NCBI GenBank assembly: GCA_033763905.1 | Contig: JANRJP010000064.1 | Location: forward strand, 1-10,209 | From: Gemmatimonadaceae bacterium | GTDB taxonomy: Bacteria > Gemmatimonadota > Gemmatimonadetes > Gemmatimonadales > Gemmatimonadaceae | Reading direction: 5' to 3' | Length of the DNA stretch: 10,209 nt | Shown: positions 1 to 7,045 of the stretch, piece after piece | Numbering within the stretch: position 1 is the stretch's first letter | How the letters are laid out: every line of letters begins with the position of its first letter | The notes under the pieces: generated by a model | Database searches by the model: none | What the model was told of the DNA's origin: nothing | Seen by the model: only the letters and a program-made list of their open reading frames with translations | Position numbers and translations under genes: made by a program

Positions 1-44
1 GGGCAACCTACCGAGAGGCGTCGCTTCCGCCCCATATTGCCAAC

Positions 45-2117
45 GTGACTGCCGCGCCGTTGTCGGGAGTTCGGGCAGAACCGGCGGTGCTCTCGCGAGA
101 GCTCGCCGATTTTCTGATCGAATTCTCGATCGCCCTGCACAAGAACGCGATCTATCCATCGGGTCATCCGCTGCTCGACCAAGCGGTGACCGGACTGGAA
201 TCGCGCGCCGTGGCGTTGCTGAGCGAATACCGGCCCCAGTTGTCGATCGGCATTGCCCGTCGCCAGCTCGTCATCGAGGGCGTGGCCACCGACCCGAATC
301 ATCCGCTGCTCAAGGAGTTGGCGGTCCGCCTCAACCGGCACCATATCGGCGCGGTGCGGTTCTCGAACGGCGTCACCAAGGATGAGCTGCGCCCCTTCTT
401 GGCCACGCTCGCGGTCGACGCGGCAAGGATGGACCTGCCGCTCGGCCTCGGTGATCCGGACGTGCTGCAGCAGTGGCCGAATGTTCGACTCTTTCCGTTG
501 TCGTTCGAGCAGTTGCAACTGCTCGAAGAAGACGACGGCGACGACGATGGTGAGGGCACCAAGCAGCGCACCACGGGGGCGGCCCTGTGGATCGGCCTGG
601 CCCGCGCGACGCTGGGCGACGACACCGAGGCGATCAAGAGCACCGATCCCACCGTGCTCGCGCGCGCGATGAACGACCACGGCCGCGATGTCGCGTACGA
701 GCAGGTGGTGGTGGGTTATCTCCTGCAGATCGCCAACGAGCTCAAGCGGAAGAGCGGCAAGGAGGCGGTGGCGCTGCAACGACGCATTTCGCGTCTGGTG
801 GAGCAATTGCGCCCCGAGACGCTCGAGCGCCTGATGGATATGGGCGGCGACATCACGCAGCGGAACAAGTTCGTGCTGCACGCGACGGCGGGGATGTCGG
901 TCGATGCGGTGCTCGACATCGTGAAGGCGGCGGCCAATGCCTCCTCGCAGGGTGTGTCGCACTCGATGATCCGGATGCTCACCAAGTTTGCGACGCACGC
1001 CGACACCGGACCGGAGCCGATTCGCGAGCCGATGGACGGTGCGCTACGCGAGCACGTGCAGCGGTTGATCGGCGAGTGGACGCTCGACGACCCGAACCCC
1101 GACGCCTACGGCCAGGCGCTCGAAGGGATGGCGAAGGCGGATCCGCTCTACACCGGTGAAGACAAGTTTCCCTGCGAGCCCACGCGCATGGTGTCGATGG
1201 CGCTGGAAGTCGGCGCGATCGGCGACGCGGTCTGGCGCGCAGTGGACCAAATGACCAAGGAAGGGCGCCTCGCCGAGTTGCTGGCCTTGGCCGAGCAGGC
1301 TCCGCCGGGCTGGGCCCACGATGCGTTGATCGAACGGATTGCGTCTCCGGAGCGTCTTGCGCACCTGCTGTCGCGGCAGACACCGGCCGATACACTCACC
1401 ACCGTCGTTGGCGCTCTGGGGCTCGCGGCCGCCGAGCCGTTACTCGATGCCTTGGAGTTCGCGGACGATCGTCGCGCCGAGCAGGTGATGGACTTGCTGG
1501 TGTCGGTGGGGCCCGAAGCGGCCGCCGCCGCGATGCGACGCCTGCCTGCGGCGCGGTGGCAGACGCAGCGATTGTTGCTGCAGGCCATTGGCCGGTTTCC
1601 CGTGCGCCCGATGGGCTACCAGCCGCTGGAGTGGGCGCTGCATCCGGATGCGGCGGTGCGGCGCGAAGCCATTCGCCAACTGCTGCGCGATCAGGTGACG
1701 CGCGACGACGGCGTGCAGATCGCGCTGCTCGACGGCGACGTGGCCACCGTGCGCTCCGGGCTGGCGGCGGCAATGCAGGATTGTCCCACCTCGGCGGTGC
1801 CGATTCTGATGAGCCGTGCCGACGATGCGTCGTTGCCGCACGAACTGCGCGCGCTGGCGACTCGCGCGGCCGCGAGCAGTCGGTCGGATCAAGTCCTGCC
1901 CTGGCTGGTGCAGCGCACCTTGGGCCCCAAGCGTTGGTTCCGGCAGACCTTGCAGGATAAGTCCGACGAATTGGTGGCGGCGATCGAAGCGTTGGCGCTG
2001 TTCTTCTCGGATCGCGAGATGGCGCAACCCGTACTCGAGATCGCCCGCCGGTCGAAGGATGACGACATTCGCGGCGCCGCGCGCCGTCGCAGTGGATCTC
2101 AGACCCCCGTGAAATGA
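45..2117 (+). CDS. HEAT-repeat (alpha-solenoid) hypothetical protein, 690 aa, with an N-terminal domain shared with the downstream HD-GYP protein
   Basis: Long ORF with GC3-rich codons and a GTG start. The C-terminal third has HEAT/PBS-like helix pairs (LVSVGPEAAAAAMRRLPAARWQTQRLLLQAIG; LHPDAAVRREAIRQL; LLDGDVATVRSGLAA; SKDDDIRGAAR). N-terminal motifs YPSGHP and FSNGVTKDELRPFL, then an acidic linker EEDDGDDDGEG. The stop overlaps the next start (ATGA, 2114-2117). Confidence 0.75.
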   Translation: MTAAPLSGVRAEPAVLSRELADFLIEFSIALHKNAIYPSGHPLLDQAVTGLESRAVALLSEYRPQLSIGIARRQLVIEGVATDPNHPLLKELAVRLNRHHIGAVRFSNGVTKDELRPFLATLAVDAARMDLPLGLGDPDVLQQWPNVRLFPLSFEQLQLLEEDDGDDDGEGTKQRTTGAALWIGLARATLGDDTEAIKSTDPTVLARAMNDHGRDVAYEQVVVGYLLQIANELKRKSGKEAVALQRRISRLVEQLRPETLERLMDMGGDITQRNKFVLHATAGMSVDAVLDIVKAAANASSQGVSHSMIRMLTKFATHADTGPEPIREPMDGALREHVQRLIGEWTLDDPNPDAYGQALEGMAKADPLYTGEDKFPCEPTRMVSMALEVGAIGDAVWRAVDQMTKEGRLAELLALAEQAPPGWAHDALIERIASPERLAHLLSRQTPADTLTTVVGALGLAAAEPLLDALEFADDRRAEQVMDLLVSVGPEAAAAAMRRLPAARWQTQRLLLQAIGRFPVRPMGYQPLEWALHPDAAVRREAIRQLLRDQVTRDDGVQIALLDGDVATVRSGLAAAMQDCPTSAVPILMSRADDASLPHELRALATRAAASSRSDQVLPWLVQRTLGPKRWFRQTLQDKSDELVAAIEALALFFSDREMAQPVLEIARRSKDDDIRGAARRRSGSQTPVK

Positions 2118-3313
2118 CCGATCCCGCCGCGCTGCTCACGTCGCTGGCGCAAGCGCTGTCCACGATGGTGCTGTACCGCGACGGACATCCCGCGCGCGAG
2201 CGCTCTGTGGACCGGGCGTGGGAGCGGATGCAACGGTTGCTCGAGACCGAGGAGCATCCGGTGTTCTCGTTCGTGGGCTCCGACGTGATCTACGGCAATC
2301 GGACGCTGCGTGAGCTGACCGACTGGGACTGGGGCGTCAAGCTCGCGAATGTTGGCATTCAGCGCCTGGAGTTCTCGCGCGGCGTCACGCGCGAAGAGCT
2401 CGACGACTTCCTGATCGACGCGATGGGTCGGCTCACGATGGGCCAGCTCGACACCACCGTCGCGCGGCAGGAGCGGGTCAGCCGCATCAAGTACGGCGCG
2501 ATCGGTGTGCGCGGGCAGGAAGACGCGCCGAAGCCGGTGCAGGCGTCGATTCGCACCGCGACGATCGGCTTCAACTTGAGCGACGAAGCCGACGCCGTGC
2601 GCTGGATGCACGAAGAAGTCGAGCGCCGCGGCGAACTGCCGCTGATGGAAGCCGAGACCGTGGTGCGTTCGTTGTCGCTGGCAATGCACGGCGACGCCGA
2701 GATGATGATTCCGCTGTTGCAGCTCAAGGAGTACGACCAGTACACCACGACGCATTCGCTCAATGTGAGCGTGCTGTGTATGGCGCTGGCCGAGTTTATG
2801 GGCTTGGGCAGCACCGACGTGCGCGCCTTCGGCGTGGCGGGGCTGCTGCACGACATCGGCAAGGTGCGCGTGCCGCGCGACATTCTGAACAAGCCGGGCA
2901 AGCTGTCGGACAGCGAGCTCGGCGTGATGCGCCGGCATCCGGTGGACGGCGCCAAGATCATCATCGAAAGCGATCGGCGGCTGGATCTCGCGAGCGTCGT
3001 CGCCTACGAGCATCACATTATGCTGAACGGCGGCGGGTATCCCGGAATGAAGTTCCGCCGCGAGACGCATCAGGCGTCGAAGCTGGTGCACATCTGTGAT
3101 GTGTACGACGCGCTTCGCACGAATCGACCGTATCGCGAAGCCTGGGAGTCGGAGCGCGTGCTGTCGCACATCGAGAAGGGGGCCGGCCCGGACTTCGACC
3201 CCGATGTGGTGCGCGCTTTCACGACGATGATCCGCCAGTGGGAGAAGCGGGTGACCGTGATGGAGTCGGAAACCCAGGTCTTCGGGCCCCCGGTCAAGGC
3301 GGCTGTGCAATAA
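2114..3313 (+). CDS. HD-GYP domain protein, putative cyclic-dinucleotide (c-di-GMP) phosphodiesterase, 399 aa
   Basis: DQYTTTH214S, LLH246D247IGK, H275P, H300H301IMLNGGGYP310, CD329VYDA and R338PYR341 form the HD-GYP motif set. Residues ~1-105 are an unnamed N-terminal domain. Confidence 0.93.
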   Translation: MTDPAALLTSLAQALSTMVLYRDGHPARERSVDRAWERMQRLLETEEHPVFSFVGSDVIYGNRTLRELTDWDWGVKLANVGIQRLEFSRGVTREELDDFLIDAMGRLTMGQLDTTVARQERVSRIKYGAIGVRGQEDAPKPVQASIRTATIGFNLSDEADAVRWMHEEVERRGELPLMEAETVVRSLSLAMHGDAEMMIPLLQLKEYDQYTTTHSLNVSVLCMALAEFMGLGSTDVRAFGVAGLLHDIGKVRVPRDILNKPGKLSDSELGVMRRHPVDGAKIIIESDRRLDLASVVAYEHHIMLNGGGYPGMKFRRETHQASKLVHICDVYDALRTNRPYREAWESERVLSHIEKGAGPDFDPDVVRAFTTMIRQWEKRVTVMESETQVFGPPVKAAVQ

Positions 3314-3331
3314 ATCCGGGCTCGCACGTCT
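3306..3331 (+). promoter_or_regulatory. Candidate ECF-type promoter upstream of the VIT-vWA/sigma/anti-sigma operon
   Basis: TGCAAT(3306-3311)-N15-CGTCT(3327-3331), 27 nt before the ATG at 3359. The -35 part overlaps the HD-GYP stop, and the spacing is slightly short. Confidence 0.3.
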
Positions 3332-3358
3332 CCTAGGTGTCACCGACCTGGAGTCCCA

Positions 3359-5530
3359 ATGCGAGTCCCGATCTGGATCGTCGGAGCCACCCTGCTGACG
3401 GCCGCGTCCGCGCAGGCCCAGCGCCCGCTGCGCTGCGATCCGATGAACGACTGCCTCCCTGTGCCCACGGTGCCCGCCGTGCGTGCCACGCCGCAGGTCC
3501 TTCGGGCAAGCACGCAGGTGCGGGCGCAGTTGCAGCGCGGCGTGTTGCGGTGGGAGGTCACCGAGACCTTCGTGAACCGGGGCGGCGGCGCGGGCGAGGC
3601 CGACTACTTGTTTCCGCTCCCTGCCGATGCAGCCTTCGACGATCTCAAGCTGTCGATCAATGGGGAACTCGTCGCGGGCGAGATCCTGTCGGCCGATCGG
3701 GCTCGTGCGGTGTACGAGGAGATCGTGCGTCGCCAACGGGATCCCGCCTTGGTGGAGTGGATCGGCCGCGGGCTCGTGCGCACGCGGATCTTTCCGATCG
3801 CCCCGGGCGAAGAAAAGCGGGTCGTGCTGCGTTACACGCAGCCGGCGCGACGCGAAGGTGATGCGCTGCGCGTCGACTGGCGTCCGCCGCGTGGCGCGCG
3901 GGGCGGCGCGCGTGTGGCCGAGGCCCCGACGAGCTTCACGTTTGACTGGGACGGCATCGAGGGCCTTGGCACGCCGTACTCGCCCACGCACGAACTGCGT
4001 CCGGTCGCTGCGTCGGAGCGTCGCGTCACCGCCAACGCGGGCGACGCAGACCTGACGCTGCTCGTCCCGATGCGGGCTGGGCGCGAACCGGCCGTCACGA
4101 TGCTCACCCACGCGCCCGCAGGGGATGGCCGCTGGGCGATGATTGCTCTGACGCCGCCTGCTGAACGCGCGGCGCGGCAGCCGCGCGATGTGACCTTCGT
4201 GCTTGATGTGTCGGGCTCGATGGCGGGTCGCAAGCTCGAACAAGCCAAGGCCGCCGGCCGGCAGTTGTTAGCCAGTCTCACACCAGGAGACCGCGTGCGG
4301 CTGATTGCGTTCTCGACCGACGTGCAGACCTGGCGTGATGGCTTCGTGCCGGTGACTTCGGCGAATCGCGACGCGGGCGGCGAGTGGCTCGATGCGCTGA
4401 CCGCGACGGGTTCGACGAACATCTCGGGGGCGCTGCACGACGCGCTGCGCGGCGGCGGAGAGTCCGGCGCCTTGCCGCTGGTGTTGTTCGTGACCGATGG
4501 CGAGCCGACCGTGGGCCTGCGGGCGCCGGAGGTTATTGCCGACTCGGCGCGCGCCTGGCGTGGAGATCGGCGGGTGTTCACGTTCGGTGTGGGCGCCGAT
4601 GTGAACGCGGCGCTGGTGGAGCGGCTTGCGGTGGAAGGCCGTGGTACGGCGCAGTTCGTGCGCCCGGCGGAATCAGTGGAACGTGCGGTGGCCGTCACGG
4701 CCGCCCGGCTCGCCGCACCGATCGTGCGCGATCTGCAGGTGCGCGCCACGGGTGTGCGCTTGGTACGCGTACACCCGGAGTTGCCGCAGGACGTCTTTGC
4801 GGGGCAGGACGTCGTGCTGTTCGCGCAGGTCGAAGGTTCGGGCGACGCCACGTTGGAGTTCACCGGCCAGGGGCGCGATGGCGCCGTGCGCTGGACGCAG
4901 CGGGTGCAGGTGCCGGCGCAGGAGCCCGCCAACGGCTTCGTGGGGAAGCTCTGGGCCACGCAGCGTGTGGGCTGGTTGTCGGCAGAGCGCCGTCGCCACG
5001 GCGCATCGACGGAGCTCGACGATGAACTGCGCGCCTTGGGCACACGCTGGGGCATTCCGACGGAACTCACGAGCTACCTCGTGCTCGAACCCGGGATGCG
5101 CCCCGATCGCGTCGTCAACACTGGTGGTCCGGCCGCGCCGGCAGAAGCGCGCTTCGAAATGGCCCGCTCGGCGGCGCAGATGCGGGATGCAAAATCGCTC
5201 GCGAGCGTGCAGGATGTAGTGATGCCTGCTGCCACCGCGAGTGACGCGCCTCGCCGGACGATCGGATCACGCGTGCTCGCGCTCCGCGATGGCGTGTGGA
5301 CGGACGTGGCGATCCCCGCGCGTGATCGCTTGCGCGTGGTACGCGTGGCGCCCTACTCGGCGGCCTGGTTTGCGTTGGCCAAGGAGAGCCCGAGTTTGGC
5401 GGCCTTGTTCGCGGCGGGTGACGCCGTGCGCGTGGCGGGACGTGCCGTGATCATCGAAACGGCGGCGGACGGCGTCACCGCGCTGGACGCATCGGCGGTG
5501 ACCACGCTCGTGCGGCAGTTCGGCGGATGA
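3359..5530 (+). CDS. Secreted VIT + von Willebrand factor A domain protein (inter-alpha-trypsin inhibitor heavy chain-like), 723 aa
   Basis: GGAG at 3350-3353 before the ATG. Sec signal peptide ending ASAQA|Q. VIT motifs (VTETFVN..EADYLFPLPADAAFDDLKLSINGELVAGEI..RARAVYEEIV..DPALVE..IFPIAPGEEKRVVLRY). vWA MIDAS D283-V-S-G-S, T353 (GSTNI) and D380 (FVTDGEPT). ITIH-type KLWA...GIPTELTSYLVLE motif after the vWA domain. Confidence 0.92.
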   Translation: MRVPIWIVGATLLTAASAQAQRPLRCDPMNDCLPVPTVPAVRATPQVLRASTQVRAQLQRGVLRWEVTETFVNRGGGAGEADYLFPLPADAAFDDLKLSINGELVAGEILSADRARAVYEEIVRRQRDPALVEWIGRGLVRTRIFPIAPGEEKRVVLRYTQPARREGDALRVDWRPPRGARGGARVAEAPTSFTFDWDGIEGLGTPYSPTHELRPVAASERRVTANAGDADLTLLVPMRAGREPAVTMLTHAPAGDGRWAMIALTPPAERAARQPRDVTFVLDVSGSMAGRKLEQAKAAGRQLLASLTPGDRVRLIAFSTDVQTWRDGFVPVTSANRDAGGEWLDALTATGSTNISGALHDALRGGGESGALPLVLFVTDGEPTVGLRAPEVIADSARAWRGDRRVFTFGVGADVNAALVERLAVEGRGTAQFVRPAESVERAVAVTAARLAAPIVRDLQVRATGVRLVRVHPELPQDVFAGQDVVLFAQVEGSGDATLEFTGQGRDGAVRWTQRVQVPAQEPANGFVGKLWATQRVGWLSAERRRHGASTELDDELRALGTRWGIPTELTSYLVLEPGMRPDRVVNTGGPAAPAEARFEMARSAAQMRDAKSLASVQDVVMPAATASDAPRRTIGSRVLALRDGVWTDVAIPARDRLRVVRVAPYSAAWFALAKESPSLAALFAAGDAVRVAGRAVIIETAADGVTALDASAVTTLVRQFGG

Positions 5531-5546
5531 TGTCGGAGCACTGGTC

Positions 5547-6074
5547 GTGACCGCGGCGGATATCGAGCTGCTCTTCCGGACGCATCACGCCGCGCTGGTG
5601 CGGTATCTCACGCGCCGGCTTGGCGACCGGGATTGGGCCGAGGAGATCGCGCAGGAGACCTTCCTGCGTGCGCTCCGCACGCCGCCCACGACCAGTGCCC
5701 GCAGTTGGCTCTTTGCCGTGGCGACGAATCTCGTGCGCGATGACGCCCGCAAGCAGGATGTGCGCCGCCGTCAGCTGCAGCAGTTGGCGGCGGAAGAGCG
5801 CGAGCGCGAAGCGTCGCAGCCGACGGCGGAAGATCGCCTGGCGCGAGCGCACGAGGCGGCACTGGCTCGGCGGGCCCTCGATGCCTTGGCCGAGCGCGAC
5901 CGTGAGGCGCTGCTGCTCAAGGAAGAAGGGTTGGACTATGGCGAGATTGCCGACGCGTTGGGGCTGTCGGTGAGTTCAGTGGGCACCACGTTGGCGCGGG
6001 CGCGCAAGCGGCTCGCCGAGGCGTACGATGACGCACGACGCGCATTCGAGGAGCGACGCAATGCCGCATCCTGA
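5547..6074 (+). CDS. ECF-family RNA polymerase sigma-70 factor, 175 aa
   Basis: Region 2: LVRYLTRRLGDRDWAEEIAQETFLRA..RSWLFAVATNLVRDDARK. Region 4: ALDALAERDREALLLKEEGLDYGEIADALGLSVSSVGTTLARARKRL. No regions 1 or 3. GTG start with GGAG upstream. Confidence 0.95.
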   Translation: MTAADIELLFRTHHAALVRYLTRRLGDRDWAEEIAQETFLRALRTPPTTSARSWLFAVATNLVRDDARKQDVRRRQLQQLAAEEREREASQPTAEDRLARAHEAALARRALDALAERDREALLLKEEGLDYGEIADALGLSVSSVGTTLARARKRLAEAYDDARRAFEERRNAAS

Positions 6075-7017
6075 CGAGGGACTGATTCACGCGTGGCTGG
6101 ATGGCGCGCTGCCGGCCGACGAGGCAGCGCGTGTCGAGGCGCTGGTGCGGGATGATCCGGCGTGGGGCGCGGCGGCGGCCGAGGCGCGCGGGTTGATCGC
6201 CAACGCGAGCCGCGTGCTGGCATCTCTGGACGATGTGCCGCGTGCGGTGCCGCAGCCGGTGACGTCGGTGACGCCGATGACGCCGGTGAGGCCGCTCGCG
6301 GCACCGCGTGCGCGTCGCTGGGTGTGGCAGGTGTCGTCGATTGCGGCGGTGTTGCTGGTGGCGGTGGTAGCGCGGGAGACGTGGCGTCAGGAGCCACCAC
6401 CGGCAGCGGTGACATCCGCGCCCGCAGCGATTGCGGCAGCGCCGGTCACGCCGCCGGCTGTGCCACCGGCCGCGGCGCCCGCTCAGGCGGCACGAACGCC
6501 AACGGTAGTCCCGCCCGCCGTACCGATCACAGCGCAGTTGCCCACGTCTCCAACTGCTGCGGCGCCGACGGTGGATGCCGTCTCGACCGCGCCAATGGTG
6601 CGCGACGTTGCGGCCGCGGCAACGCGCGAAGTTGCTGTCGCACGCGAGTCACGCACGATGGCGGCCAAGTCCGCTGATGCCAGCGCCGGGCTCAATGCCG
6701 CCGCACCAGCCCCTGTGGTGGCGCGGCGTGCGAGTGGTGGCTTCGACCTCGCGCTGGCGACGCAGCTCGATGTGCGATGCGTCGTGGTGAGCGTTCGGTG
6801 GAACGGTCGTCCCGAGCCGGAGACCTTCGTGGTGGTGCCGTGGCAGCCCGCCTCACGAGTGCCCGATTTTGCCCTGGAGTTCGAAGAAGACGAAGGCCGG
6901 CGGGTCCAGCTTACGCTCCCGAGCGGCAGCTCCGTGGATCACGTCGTTCGCCGCAATGCCCGCGGGGAAGTCATCGACACCGGCCGCGTGGCCGAAATGA
7001 CCCGCTGTCGGCAGTAA
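6061..7017 (+). CDS. Putative membrane-anchored anti-sigma factor (degenerate zf-HC2-like N-terminus, one TM helix, Ala/Pro linker, small C-terminal domain), 318 aa
   Basis: Start moved from the track's 6028 to the in-frame ATG at 6061, which has GAGGAG at 6048-6053 and overlaps the sigma gene by 14 nt. HPDEGLIHAWLDGALPADEAARVE matches the anti-sigma N-terminal pattern. TM WVWQVSSIAAVLLVAVVA (aa 87-104). Confidence 0.85.
   Translation: MPHPDEGLIHAWLDGALPADEAARVEALVRDDPAWGAAAAEARGLIANASRVLASLDDVPRAVPQPVTSVTPMTPVRPLAAPRARRWVWQVSSIAAVLLVAVVARETWRQEPPPAAVTSAPAAIAAAPVTPPAVPPAAAPAQAARTPTVVPPAVPITAQLPTSPTAAAPTVDAVSTAPMVRDVAAAATREVAVARESRTMAAKSADASAGLNAAAPAPVVARRASGGFDLALATQLDVRCVVVSVRWNGRPEPETFVVVPWQPASRVPDFALEFEEDEGRRVQLTLPSGSSVDHVVRRNARGEVIDTGRVAEMTRCRQ
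6256..6291 (+). repeat. Imperfect in-frame 9-bp tandem repeat x4 (PVT-SVT-PMT-PVR) in the anti-sigma gene
   Basis: ccggtgacg tcggtgacg ccgatgacg ccggtgagg read directly from the sequence. Confidence 0.7.
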
Positions 7018-7027
7018 CGTCGAGCGA

Positions 7028-7042
7028 CGACTCGGCGAGTCG
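7028..7042. terminator. Short hairpin between convergent stops, possible weak terminator
   Basis: cgactc-ggc-gagtcg is a 6-bp stem in the 28-nt gap between stops at 7017 and 7046. There is no U-tract on either strand. Confidence 0.25.
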
Positions 7043-7045
7043 CGA

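Noticed and set aside
2099..4243. 714-aa minus-strand ORF and other long overlapping ORFs (e.g. 3832-5070, 1396-2163, 8640-9467, 8795-9565)
   Set aside because: They overlap genes with clear family motifs and have Arg/Ala/Pro/Ser-rich, motif-free translations. Such shadow ORFs are expected in GC-rich DNA.
6028..6060. Upstream ATG start for the anti-sigma gene
   Set aside because: The ATG at 6061 has a GAGGAG SD at 7 nt and begins directly at the conserved MPHPDEG motif.
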